A stretch of 64,000 nt of DNA from Hydrolagus colliei (Eukaryota): positions 85,746,001 through 85,810,000 of the forward strand of contig CM068743.1 of the NCBI GenBank assembly GCA_035084275.1, read 5' to 3'. The notes below the pieces were generated by a model. It was not told where the DNA came from. It ran no database searches and saw only the letters and a list, made by a program, of their open reading frames with translations. This document shows positions 1 to 12,950 of this stretch, in pieces. The translations under genes were made by a program, and so were the position numbers. Positions within the stretch are counted from its first letter, which is position 1. Each line of letters opens with the position of its first letter.

Positions 1-211
1 GAATACAATATGGCGGCTTTGCACCTCGGTCTGTGCATTGTGTATAGAGATGAGCATTCTGGGTCTTGTAGTTCAGTGTGCTCGCATTCCGATCTTTTAC
101 CTCGATGTATCGTTTTTCGATATATTGATATTTTTTAAATGTCTATATCGGCATATCGATATGAAAATTATATCGGGTTTTATCGATATATCGATATATC
201 ACTGGACCCTA
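1..211. mobile_element. Terminal fragment of a hAT (TAGGG-type) DNA transposon; the rest lies before the window
   Basis: Ends in ...ATCGATATATCACTGGACCCTA (reverse complement TAGGGTCCAGTGATATATCGAT) with clustered CGATAT subterminal motifs, the same architecture as the element at 56625-58719. The other TIR is not visible. Confidence 0.65.
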
Positions 212-614
212 GTTGGAAGGTGAGAAAAGTTGATTCCCGTGAACCAATCAATATCTTATTTTCCAACCATGAGTTATTTATCACTAGTGATAATTAATGA
301 ATGTGTTCATGTATACATTGGTTCTGCAGGTGATGTATTAAAGACTCTCACGTGAATAGCTGACATTTGTCTGCTATAGACTGTCAGAGCGTGATACTTC
401 TGGGCAATATGGTATACCACTAGTTATATACAGATTATTTAATATATCCAATATTTCAAATGCCAAAATCATTAATTCTGTTGAAAATGAATGAATAGGT
501 GTTTTTGATTTGGTTGAGAAATAATGTAATTTTATTGGTGGCAGATGTAAGATTAATCCATCATTGTTAATTTTTTTCCTAACAAATAGTAGAAAATGTC
601 AGGAAAGGGATCTT

Positions 615-800
615 ATAATAATAATAATAATAATCCTTACATTTTGATATAATACTTTTCATGTCTTTGAGACATCTCAAAGTGCTTCACAATACATACT
701 GAGTGAATTGACTGCATATTTGTGGGTGAAACACGGCAGCCAATTGCACATAGCAGTATCCCACAAACAGTCGTGGATTGAAATATCCAATTTATTGTTT
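615..800 (-). mobile_element. tRNA-derived SINE, 3' half
   Basis: (TAA)n tail plus body that is the reverse complement of the 3' half of the copy at 49201-49523. Confidence 0.85.
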
Positions 801-1132
801 GTTCAAATCTTGTTAGAATAAGGCAGGAGCTCTGCAAGATATAACAACAAATTACATTTGTATAGCACCTTTCATGTCAGGTCGAAGTGTGAATCATTTC
901 TACAGACAGTCTATTATTATCAAGCACAAACTGAAACAGCTCAAAGATTGAAAGCAGTATTTAAAAAACTTCATTTCCTGAGAAATTACAGTAATTTAAT
1001 TTCCCAGGTCTCATCTGTCTCCTCCCTCCCTCTATGCTTATTCAGATGATGAAATACTCTGGTTGCTTCAATGCTGAGACTGGCTACTGCAGACGGAGAA
1101 TAAGTCCATATAAAGCAGTTACTACTGTTACT

Positions 1133-1520
1133 AATAGTAATAATAATCCGTGCATTGAGTTTGTGCTTCATCATGTTGTTGAGCCGTCTCAAAATACTTC
1201 ACAGGATATACTGCAAAGTGCAGTGATTGTGTATTTTGTGGGCAAAACGCGGCAGCCGGTTGCACACAGAATGTCCTACAAACATCCATGGAGTGCAAAA
1301 TTCCCTTCTCTTTTCGAGTAGTGCCATAGGATCTTTATCTTCAATGTCCACCTGAACAGCCAGACAGGACCACAATTTAACATCTCATCCAAAGCATGGT
1401 TCCTCACGTAATGCAATGCCCCCTCCTGCGATGCGTACAGTGCCAAGCCCCAAGTCCTGATGTGGGACTTGAACTCACCACCTTCTGACCCAGAGATGAG
1501 ACTGCTACTTGGCTGACACA
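1133..1520 (-). mobile_element. Deu-domain-type SINE (SacSINE1/AmnSINE1-like), near full length
   Basis: Minus strand carries a B-box-like GAGTTCAAGTCCCAC, then GGATGAGATGTTAAA...CAGGTGGAC...AAGATCCTATGGCACTACTCGAA and an L2-type tail. Homologous to 41655-42050. Family name from recalled consensus. Confidence 0.7.
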
Positions 1521-2204
1521 TAAGATGAGTGTTTAGTGACTGATTCATTTAGTGTCTAACCTTCATTGTACTTGACCTGTTTCAATAAGCAGTAGTTGTT
1601 GAACTCACACAAGACAAATGTGATATATTTTAGTTGACTGGAACATTTTTGATACATAAATGCTGATGGCCTCACAATTTTCCTTCCTCTATGTTTTATT
1701 TCCAGTTCTTTGACAAACAAACTGGTTTGTGATAAATATTATTAACTACTTAACTGAAGAAAATATTTCTCATGCCGTAACACTGTTATGCATTATTCAC
1801 CCAGATGTGAGATAACAATTTGAACTGATTACCAGAAAGGGTTGTTGTGGCCAGAAAACTGGACTAATTTAAGAAACGATGCTATGATGAGTGTGTATTC
1901 TGGAAGGAAGTGATCAAATGGGTCAAAGGAATTTCTTCAATCAAATCTTTCTTCTTTTTTATGGAATGTTGCCAGGACAGACATGGGTTATTCAACCCTT
2001 CATGTCTGTGCTGGTATTAGAAGCTCCATTTGAAAGATCTGTGATTAATCTCATTTCACTGCTTTTCCCTATAACGTTTCATATTATTTTTCTCAAATAT
2101 TTATCTTATTCCCTTTTAAATGCTGTTATGGACTCAACCTCAACAGCCATGTGTGACAACATATTAACATTTTAACATTCCTGTCTTTAAAGAAAAGATC
2201 TTCT

Positions 2205-2665
2205 ACATCACTCCCACCCTCGTCCAGCACCACTGGCTCCCCATTCCCCAGAAGATCAAATCAAGATCGTCCTCACCTCCAAGGCCATCCATGGCCTTGC
2301 CCCTTCCTATCTCTCTAACCTGCTGACTCCCTTTAAACCTGCCCCTTCCATTCAGCGGGTTCCGATCTGCTTCACATCTCCCACCTGACCCATCCTACCA
2401 TCGGTGGCCAGACTTTCCCAGCCTCTCTGCCCCTACAGTCTGGAACTCCATCTCACAGTCCCTTTGCCTCCCCTTGCCTCCTACTAGGCAGTCTCAAGAC
2501 CCTCCTTTTCAATCGTGCCTTCTGCCGCCCTCCCACTTCTCTCCCACCCCTCCCCCCTACCCTGCCCCTCCCCCGTGCTCAGGTCCCAACCCCCTGACTG
2601 TTCAGTGCTTTGGGACGTCCTCCCGATGTGAAAGGCGCTCTATAAATGTAATATTGTTGTTGTTC
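2205..2665 (+). mobile_element. L2-clade LINE, 3' end fragment
   Basis: Degenerate ORF2 C-terminus (HWLP-like motif) and tail GGGACGTCC...GTGAAAGGCGCTCTATAAATGTAAT(TTG)n shared with other L2 copies here. Confidence 0.85.
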
Positions 2666-2880
2666 TTCTAACCTCTCCTTCCTTCTGATATCTTTTGTGA
2701 CTGATAATGAGCAGTTAATATGTAGCAAATCAAAAAATCTAAAAAATATGAAAAGCTTTTAAATTTCATCATGCGTCCTGTCATACAGAATCGAAGTTAA
2801 GAAAATGAAAGGATCTTTTGGATATTGTATGCCACTCAAGTGCATGGGAATAGTTTACGCTTAAACATAGCATGTATATT

Positions 2881-3828
2881 CAACAATTTGGTGAGCTCGC
2901 TTGTTCTTTCCAGTCAAATATGATTTGACAATTAAGAATGCACTTTTTCTTCAATCAGACAAAATGCTCTCAATAAAGCTGCCATCTGTACTGTGCTCCT
3001 TTTGACGTAGCTGTCACAGTAATGCTGTAACAAACATGTACAGTACTTTCAATAGTACTGTACAGTAAGTACTAGTAATTAAAAGCTGCGCAGTTTTAGC
3101 TGATGAAACTCTGGGATCCTCAAGCCTTGGCTCATGTCAACCAATGCCTCATATATTGCAGAATTAGGTTAGCAGGAAGCTTCCCTCCAGTGAGAGAATA
3201 CACACTCCATTCCAGAGAAATTGGACATTTGCATGTGTCTATAACATACATATTTGTAACACTTAGTCTGGTTTGGATACCCTTAAACATGGTGACTATT
3301 TTTTTGCATGCATCAGATACCCAGCTGACAAAAATCTATGCACTGGAGATAAAATTCCAATGACAAGCAATGCAATGTACATATAAAATCACCTGTTCCT
3401 TTTTAACGCTGAAATTCAGGATTTTTCAACCTAAAAAGTATTTGTAATTCTCTCCTTTCACACAAGTTTACATAAGGTTAGCACAACCCACAAATTAGTG
3501 AAAATTAGTTATTCATAAATGATAAACCTGCAGTAAGAATCTTATCAACCTCAAATTAACAAAGCAAGGCTGTCACATTGTATAACCGTATACCTCAGTA
3601 ACTAATTCTGTTACTATGATGGGACACTAAGAACCATAAGAGCACGTGTTTCCCAGTAGACCAGTGACCCGTACAGCAATTTGGTGAGGTCGCTTGTTAT
3701 TTCCAGAGAAAAATAATTTGACAATTAAATATACGCTTTTTCATCAACTCGACACAATGTGCTTGGGAATGCTGCCATGTGTTCTGTACTCTTTTTGACC
3801 TAGCTTCTCAGCTGACAAGAGTAATGCT
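2881..3828 (+). repeat. Pair of diverged ~150-bp direct repeats (2881-3027 and 3674-3828)
   Basis: CAATTTGGTGAG(C/G)TCGCTTGTT(C/A)TTTCCAG...ATTTGACAATTAA...GCTGCCAT...TTTGAC...AGTAATGCTG is colinear in both copies. Confidence 0.8.
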
Positions 3829-6550
3829 GTGCAATTGAGTAGCTGAACTGAGAGCTTTACCTCAAGCTTTAGCTGCTTTTATTTCAAACTCAACTGCTGT
3901 GTTGTAGGATACCATCCCTGCCATCATATTCTCCACATTAGCAATATATAGCCAGCCAGGTGAGGAAATAAAAGGCACGTTTGGGGTAACATTCACTCAT
4001 GCTTAGCTTCTCAAAGAAGGCTTAAAAAATATTGTATTTACTCTCGAGCAGAATCAATCCATCATGCCTCAGATTGCCATCCTGTAGTTTATAAACATTT
4101 GAATTTCAGTTGAGGGAAATCAGAGGCAAGACACAGCCAAAGGAAGAGCAAGCAACCATAGGACAGGGCAACAATTATCCAGTTCTTATCTGGCTCCACC
4201 CACAGCAGGTCCTGGCCACACCTGGCTCCACCTGGACTACGCTCGACCCATACACTCCAACCTAGACTTGGCTCTACATGGGTAACTTTTCAGCACTGAA
4301 TCAAAAGGTTTTGGGTATGAGCCCCATGTTAGGACTATATTAAAAGCAACTTATTATTATTATTACTACATCAGCCATAATACTCCACATTCCCATTTAA
4401 TGTGCACCTACCAGTGAGCTGTTCTTACAACTGACTATTTCTCTGTAGATTGTAGATCTGCCTAATTGTAGCCTCTAAGAGCCTCAATATTTATGATTGA
4501 AAAGAATTGTGGTAAATTGTTAAACTTGGTTTTAGTTTGGTAGCCAGTCTTTTTATGAAATGTGGCTTCCAAACTAGAGCTGAATTTCAGAATGTAACAA
4601 TTCTACATAATTCAGTGCTATCTTAAATGGTAAGACAAAATGGTCTTACAGACGAAGAATCGATTAAATTTTTACTATGTGTTCCTTAATTTTCATTTCT
4701 GCTGCCAGATTCAAACTGCAAGAGTTAAATAGAAGATGAACATCATGCAGAGCGGCTAAGGGGAAATGAATCACTCGGTGGCACATGGATGGTGACAGAA
4801 CACTTCTCTATATGTGAAGAAACTAATTTAAAATGATGTGTAAAGGGGAAGGAAGGGCTAAGGAGAGGTCTATCGACTGAAAAGGCTGGGGGTATCTTTT
4901 TAAACAGACACTCTTATTTATTCGCAATTGAATTGATGGACACATTGGAAAGAGGTGACAGCTTTTTTTCATTCACTGAGATGGCAGAGACATTTTTAAA
5001 ATATAGCAGAGGTGGCACAATACACAATTGTGCTTGTTATGTTTGAGGATTGATTGACAATCATGGGATTGTTTTTGACACAATTGGCAGTCGTTTGTCT
5101 TTCATAGAATGCTAATATGTCACCCTTCAAGTTTCAGAATTGTTCATGAGAAACTCATCAAATATAAACCATCAGTTTTGAGCTAACACCTACTGAATAA
5201 AGCATTGCTTTACCTCTTCCCCACTTCCTGCCTATGCTGTTGTTCTTCTGTAAGACAGTATTACACCTCTCCAAAGTTGGAGGTTCATATACCCTGAGTT
5301 ATGAACTTGGAACAATAGACGTTTGAGAATTTTGCGCTAAATTCAGAAATTTATCCCAAGATTATGTCACATTATGCAGTTAATTTACTTTACAATATAG
5401 ATCCCTCAAAGACATGAGAAAGCCATATATCAAATGTAAGGATTATTATTATTAGCTGAGCTCAGAGAGGCAGCTATCAGCAGCTTCATAATTATCCTGA
5501 TAGAAACTCAGTTGATCTTCATTGGAAGCTCCCTGCTTGTGGACATAAGATGAAAGCAGCACTTAGCTCAGATATTGCTTGCTTGGTAATGTGGGTTCAC
5601 TCTCTTTGTTCAAGCATGAAGAATCATTACTGGACAGGTGAGGTACTGGAGAACCCCTGAAGTGTTCTCCAATACTGTTCACTGGTAGCTTCAGAAAAGA
5701 GGCATGGGAGCTGCAAGCCTACAAATAAGCAGATTCAATAGCACAATATGATGGAATTTTTATTCTACAGTATAATGCACACAACATCAACAGGGAAGAC
5801 ACAATGCATATATTCCAAGGCATATCTCAAGACCTACCTATTTGACTGCACTTATACTCATCATTTCTCTCGCCATAGTGCGCCTCTCTCCCCCCCCCCA
5901 CACACACCTTTGGGGCATCCAACCAGCAGTATCAGCATTTTCAGATATCTTCTCAACTTGAAAAGTGCTGTAAAATGTAAATTGTGTTGTATTGTGCTTT
6001 CATATAAATAAATGTAACTTGCTTGCCAGAAAATGTGACATTGTCAATATAGACATATTCAATGGTTTCAAATGTTCCCTTAATTCTCCTTTGTAAAAGT
6101 CATCACTAAAATTTCTCAAAGCATTATAAATGTCATTAATATTGCATGGTGAAAACTGTTTACCAAGTAAACTGAATGTTGAAAGGTTCAATGATGGGAA
6201 TTGCCAAGAGCTGTAATTGAAATTCAGTGCAATCACATCTCTGCATAATGTTAGTATGATGATCCAAGTATAAGATCTGACCCGATTATACAAAATGTAG
6301 CATGATTGAAGTAAAATGTATGCCAGGCAATACTGAATAAACTGCTGGTGGGTGTAAATGTTGAGGGTAGACGGGACAAAAATGGGTTGATTGGTTACAA
6401 AGTCCCCATAAAGATGTTGCAGGAATCAAATTTGAATGTGATACAAATTCACACAATACACTCTATACATTGTACACTTGTGAGTTTTACAATCTATTTC
6501 CATGCCTGTGTTTCAGGAGCCACTTCAGATGAAAAGAAATAGGAAAAACA

Positions 6551-7190
6551 ACATGGAGGATAATCTCACAGTGAAGGTAATATAACAGTGCAGATACAAT
6601 ACAAATACAATACAGACTTGTATAGTGCCTTTCACGTCAGGAGGACATCCCAAGTCACTGAACAGTCAGAGATTTGCTTCTGAGCTGGGCATCAGGATCA
6701 GGGAGCGTGGAGGGCAGGGAGGGTAGGACAGTAGTTGAAGGCTCGGTCGAAGAGAAAGTTCTTGATATGTGACTTGAATGAGGTGAGGGAGGGAGGTGAA
6801 GGGAAGTAGGATAGAGTTCCAAAGGTTAGGGGCAAAAAAGATGAATGTAGGGTGGGCCAGGCGGGGACGTGGAACAGGTCACAGCTTGCTGAGGGGAAGG
6901 TGCAAACATGTTGATTATGGGGTCACCCCCTTTGTGTCTCAGCAGGTCACAGAGGTAGGAAGGAGTAAGGCTGTGTAGGGCGTTGAAGACGTGGATGAGG
7001 ACTTTGAACTCTATCCTCTGGAGGATGATAATTGAACAGTGAAAATGATCTAACAGTGAAGATAATCTTTCAAAGAAGCCAATCCCACAATAATGATAAC
7101 TTCATTCACAGTGAAGTGAATCCCATTGAGAATGTAATCCTGGAGTGAAGGTTATCTGACAATGAGAGCAAACCCATAATAAAGACATTT
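6551..7190. repeat. Degenerate ~17-bp minisatellite interrupted by an L2 3' fragment
   Basis: Units such as CACAGTGAAGGTAATAT and AACAGTGAAGATAATCT occur on both sides of the L2 insertion. Confidence 0.6.
6597..7025 (-). mobile_element. L2 LINE, 3' fragment
   Basis: Reverse complement of the L2 tail (TATAGTGCCTTTCACGTCAGGAGGACATCCC) followed by ORF2 C-terminal remnant. Confidence 0.85.
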
Positions 7191-7557
7191 TCCTGGCACG
7201 ACAATTGACTTAATTGCCTCCTGGTCCAGGGAAAAGATTAATAATAATAATCATTGCATTTGATACAGTGCTTTTCAAATTGAGAGCACATCACAAAGGG
7301 CTTCTCAAAGATTTACTGTGTTACGGAGCTTTGTATTTTATACCCAATGCCCGAGTGATTCGTGTTGGGGCTTTTTGATACAAGAAGGCAAAACCAGTAT
7401 CCCATTTATAGTAATAAATTAAAAATATGCACTTTTTGAAAAATTTAAAATATTTAATGGACACAAGCATATCATTTGACGACATCAATTAAATCAGAGT
7501 CGTAATACATCTCCGTTAGTTTGCCAATGGACAAGAACATAGGATATATATAATATA

Positions 7558-7866
7558 TAATAATAATCCTTGCATTTAATATAGTGCTTTTCACATCTTC
7601 TCGATGTCTCAAAGCGCTTCACAGAATGTACTGTAAAGTGAATTGACTGTATATTTATGAGCAAAAAGTGGCAGCAAAATTGCACAGCAGTGTCCCACAA
7701 ACAGTCGTGAATTGAAATTACCAATTTTATTATGTGTTTTTTGGAGAGATTATTATTAGGCATGTGGAGTAAGGAAACTTGCCTATGGTTTCGTCCTGAC
7801 TTAACTAGATTCGAACACGTCTCATGCTTGTAAGCCAAGTGCTCTAAACACTGAGCTACAGGACTC
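7558..7866 (-). mobile_element. tRNA-derived SINE, full length
   Basis: Minus strand head GAGTCCTGTAGCTCAGTG (A box) and GTTCGAATC (B box), body, and (TTA)n tail. Confidence 0.9.
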
Positions 7867-8223
7867 TATACCATTGTGATTGGCATATTTACTGTGATTG
7901 TGGTTCACAGCCTTTACTGAATAGATAAAAGCAGATGGTGGAACAGGATTGAAGGATAGGCCTACTCTTTGTATGACACCACATGGCCATACTGTTGTGT
8001 TGCTGCCAACACAGTGAATGCACCATATGATCATGACATGATCTGTTAATAGCATCTGCTTCCCTCAGGAAATTTCTGTTTAATGACATCTCTATCATTG
8101 CTGATAATTAACAGTTTAGAAATATTCAGTGAATCAAGATTTGTTTTTATGAGTGTTTCAATTGATGTTACTTTATTTCTCTTTAGGTCATTTTCCTACT
8201 AAGCAAGTATGGAGGAAACAAAA

Positions 8224-9345
8224 CAGCAAAAACAGCAATTACATTTGTAGAGAGCCTTTCACATCCCAAGGCGCTGAACAGACAGGGGTCAGGATCTAAG
8301 CATGGGGGTGTAGTGGGATTGGGATGACAGAGGGCAGAGAGGTAGGACGGAGACTAAAGGTATGATAGAAGAGGAGGGTCTTGAGATCAGTCTTCAAGGA
8401 GGGAGGGAGCAAGGCAAAGAGATTGTGGGATGTCATTCCAAAGCATAGGGAAAGAGAGTGAAAGCCCAGCCACCAATGGTAGAGCGAGGCGGGAGGGATA
8501 GATAGAGCCTGCTGAGCAAAGTAGTGGACAGGATGATAGGGGATTAGCAGGTTAGAGAGGTAGGATAGCAGGTTCAAGGCCATGGAGGGCTTTGAAAGAG
8601 TGGACAAGGATCTTGAATTCAATCTTCTGAGGAACGCAGAGCCGGTGGAAATGGGCAGGGAGTGGATTATGGGGTCGATGAGACTGGTGCAGGAGAGGAT
8701 ATGTTGCTGATGTAATGGAAGCTGGTGCTGGTCATGGCACAGATATGGGGGAGAAAGGACAATTCGGGGTAAAACAAAACACCCAGGTTCCTGACTGGCT
8801 TGATTAGGTGGAGTGTGTATCCATGAATACTGATGCTGCAAGTGCTTGAGGTGCGGAGGTGCTGGCGTGAGCCAATCAGGAGGGCCTCAGTTTTGCTCAC
8901 ATTCACCTGTAGAAAGTTGTCCCTCATCCAGTACTTGATGTCTGACAGGCAGTCTGTCAGAATGCCAGTAGTCCTGGAATTGAGGGTGGAGGCAGAGTGG
9001 AAATTTGGAAAGTGGAAATTTACCCCATGTCTGCAGATGATGCCACCAAGAGGGAGCATGTATAGATGAAAGAGAATGGACTGAGGATGGAGCCCTGAGG
9101 ATCACCACAAGACGGTGCAGAGACTGGAAGAGAAACCGTTGGCGGAGGTAAATTGGAGATGGTGTGAGAGTTAGGACCTGAATCAGTCAAGGATAGAACC
9201 TTGAAGATTGAGGTGATAGCAGAGATGGTGGAGGAGAATTGAGTGGTCCATGGTGTCAAAGGTGGTTTCAAGGAAACCGATGTAGAGGTGACAAGCAAGA
9301 TGAATGTGAAGGTCACACAGAATCTCTCAGTGATCTTTCTTTCTT
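8224..9345 (-). mobile_element. L2 LINE, decayed RT C-terminal region plus 3' end
   Basis: Frameshifted ORFs with DPQGSILSP and CLSDIKYWMRDNFLQVNVSKTEALLIG...VRNLGVLF, plus L2 tail. Confidence 0.9.
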
Positions 9346-10689
9346 GCACTGTAAACACATGTCTCACATCTGCTCAACATCCCTCTTTTTATCCAGCAAG
9401 ATGTTGAACCAACTCACAACACATAGGGGCTGTGTGAAGTTTCCATGATTTTTCTAAATCCTTTCTCTGTCAGAACAAAATAGTGATTGTCGTGAGATTT
9501 TAATGGCCTTTGTAAATTTGTTTTGTTTTCTTTCCAGTGATGAAAATATGGGTTGGAAGATAAATGCTAAATGGACATAGAGTGAATTTGTGACGTATAT
9601 ATCATGGTTTTAAATGGAGTTTGATCAAGTAGGGTTGAATTATATTTATTCTACTTTTGTCACGGTGAATAAATTAGAAGCTATCCAGATAGATTATATT
9701 CACTGGAGGGGAATATTTCACAGATATCCACACTGGTATGTTAAATGCAGGTTAAAAAAAAAGTTTGAAATATTAGCTACTTTGTGCAGTGTTCCAATAA
9801 TATCTCAAGGTTAACCTGGACTCAACTCAATGGGAATGACTCAACTAATTGTAAATTCTCAGCCCAAATCATTCATGTGGAAAGAATGTAAAAATATCTT
9901 ACCAAGGAGTTAAATGAGACATGGATCAAATCTTACATGTGTAGGAGCCAGTAATATAAAATATTCATGTAACCTGCACACATAGCAGCTGACTCCACAA
10001 ATGCACTTAGTTAAAAGTAGTACATTTCAAAGTAATTCAACACAGTTTAAGTAACCCAAAAAATGTAATGCTGCTGTAATTGGCAGGGTGGTGGGGGTGG
10101 GGTGGCGGGGGAAGAAACAAAGGGCTGTTATATAGCATACCTTGTAAATTCCTTATTTCCATTGTTCCCCTAACTCATGCAATCTTTTGCCAAATTCATG
10201 TCTGCAATATAACAGGGATACAAAAACGAATGCATAATGAAACTAAGTGTGATTAAAAGGATATGGAAAGTTGGTTATTTACTTCATTTGCATAATAAGC
10301 CACCACTTAGTCTAATCTACAGCCATTAACACTATCCTGCATCAAAGTTTCATTGAATATATTCAGTCCTGTCTTCTCAGGTTTAACTTTACTGTGTGCT
10401 TAGACATGGTGATACGACTTGTCCAGACACAGTGCATCACACATCATTCAATAGACATATTTTGTGAAGCACTTTGACAGGCCTAGAAGTTGTGAAAAGC
10501 ACCATATCAAATACAAGGATTATTATTATTTTAATACTAACTTAGTTTTACCATTCATTTGGAAACTAATCATGGCAAAGCTCACAAAGCTTTCAATAGA
10601 GGCTTCACAAACATACTTTGGACATAAAGTTCAGACCCACTTCCTTTTTACCTATCCGTAATACATCTCTAAAATAAAGCCCACACCTG

Positions 10690-12095
10690 CTCTCTCAGCG
10701 CCATCCCCACCTCTCTCCTCACTTTCCAACTTCACCTCCTGGCTCCTCTCCTAACCAACATGATCAACCTTTCCTTATCCATTGGCACTGTTCCCAACTC
10801 CCTAAAAACAGCTGGCATCACCCCCATCCTGGAAAAAACTTCCCTGAACCAAACCTATGCTACAGCAACCTCTCCAAGACTCTGGAACAAGTCATTGCAT
10901 CCCATTTTGCTCTTTTCTCTCTCGCCGTTCCCTCTTTGAACCCCTTCACACTGGCATCTGTGCTGCCCAAAGCATGGAAAGAGCCCTGGTGAAAGTCTCT
11001 TACAACATTCTAAACATCTTTGGTTAGGGCTCTGTCTACCTCCTTGTCCTCCTCAATCTCTCTGCCGCCTTCATCACTGTCAACCACTCCATTCTCCCTT
11101 ATCCAGTCAACTCAATCTTCAAGGACCTGCCCTTGCCCTGTTCAAATCCTACCTCTCCCACCATGTGCACTTTGTCGTCACTAATGGCTTCTCCTTTATA
11201 TGTTGAAAAGTACTGGGTCCCCTTGGTGACATCATCTGCAGATATGGAGTCAACTTCCATATGTATGCGGATTCGATCTTTCTGCCTTCACCCTCGATTC
11301 CAGGACCACTGCTGCCCTGACATATGGCTTGTCAAACATCAATTCTTGGATGAGAGCTAACTTTCTACAGTTGAATGTCAACAGGCCCTCCTGATTGGCT
11401 AGTGCTATTGCATCCACAACTCAGGCACTGGCAGCATCAAGCATGCACACTCCACCTCACCTAGGTATCTTGTTTGATCTTCAACTGTTGTTTCTCCCCC
11501 ACATCCATGCCACAACCATCTCTGTCATCCATCACCTCCACAACATCACCCGACTCTGCTAGTACCTCACTCCTCAGGCCACTGAAACTCTCTTGCCATC
11601 ATCATTTCAATCACGCCATGCTTGTTGGCCTCCCCAACATCTCCCTCCATAGGCTACAGATCATCCACAATTCTGCAGCCTGTGTCCTCTCCCGCACCAA
11701 GCTCCATGACTCTATCACCCCCATTCTCACCCGAGTCCACTGGCTTCCCATCACCCAGAGGAATCAAGATCCTGGTCCTCACCTTTAAAGTCCTCCATAG
11801 CCTTTCCCCGCCCTACCTCTGTGACCTCCCAAGCCCCTACCAACCTGTCCACTCCTACTGCTCAGTGGGATGTGGCCTGCTCCATTTCCCGACCCGCCCG
11901 CCCCACCATCAGTGAGTGAGCCTTCAGCCACTCTGCCCAAAGTTTGGAATCCCATCCCACAATCCCTCCACCTCACCCTCTCCCCAGCCTCCTTCAAGTC
12001 CTGCCTCAAGCCCCTTCTAAAGACAGTGCCATCAGTCATCCCCTTCCTCTAACTTCCCTGCACCCTCCCCGATCCCATCCCTAGCTCTTGTCCGA
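10690..12095 (+). mobile_element. L2 LINE, decayed ORF2 RT to 3' UTR
   Basis: LHRLQIIHNSAACVLSRTKLHDSITPILTRVHWLP and IKILVLTFKVLHSLSPPYLCD motifs, with multiple frameshifts. Confidence 0.9.
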
Positions 12096-12625
12096 AACAA
12101 GAGTGTCTAGCGCTTATATCTTCTCCACTTCCCAGCTACTTCTCTAACTCTACCTTCCATAAGCTCCAACTCATACAAAACTTTGCAGCTCACATTCTCT
12201 CCTGGCATCGAGCTCTCCACATGTATTATGACCATCTTCTCTAGACCCACTGGCTCTTTCCAGTGGATCAACATCATGATCCTTGACCTGATTTTCAATT
12301 CCCTTCAAAATATTGTCTTTGCAATCTCCTTTAGTCCTTTTTCCCTACCCATTACCTGTCTTTTCGGCTGTGATCCACAGTTTGTTTCTCACTCCCTTCT
12401 TCTCACCACTGGTGATTCAGTCTTCAGTCATTATTTTCTTACCCTCTGAAACTTGCTTGCAAAATCCCTTTACATTGCTGCTTCTCTTCCTGCCTCCAAA
12501 ATCGTCTAAAAAATATATCTCTTTCATTTTGTTCAACAACTTCAAGTATCTCCTCCTTTCTGATCAGTGATCACCATTGGCTCTTTGAAGTGCTTCATTC
12601 TTCATGAAAGTTATTGTATATGTCT

Positions 12626-12950
12626 AATAATAATAATAATCCGTGCACTTGATGTAGTGCTTTTCATATCTTCTCGCTGTCTCAAAGCGCTTCACAGAAT
12701 ATACTGTAAAGTGAATTAACTGTACATTTGTGAGCTAAATGCAGCAGACAATTGAACACAGCAGTATCCCACAAACATTCGTGGATTGAAAACATCAAGG
12801 ACCATGATGTTGATCCAATTTATAATTTTTTGGGAAGGATTATTATTAAGCATGTGGAATAAGGAAACTTGCCCAAGGTTTCACCCTGCCTGGATTCGAA
12901 CAAGGTCTCACGCATGTAAGGCGAGTGCTCTAACCACTGAGTTACAGGAC
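12626..12950 (-). mobile_element. tRNA-derived SINE, full length
   Basis: Same family as 49201-49523: A and B boxes, (TTA)n tail. Confidence 0.9.

Noticed and set aside
3100-3115. CTGATGA as another hammerhead core (also near 16641, 29316 and 47344)
   Set aside because: No stem II followed by GAAA at the proper spacing.
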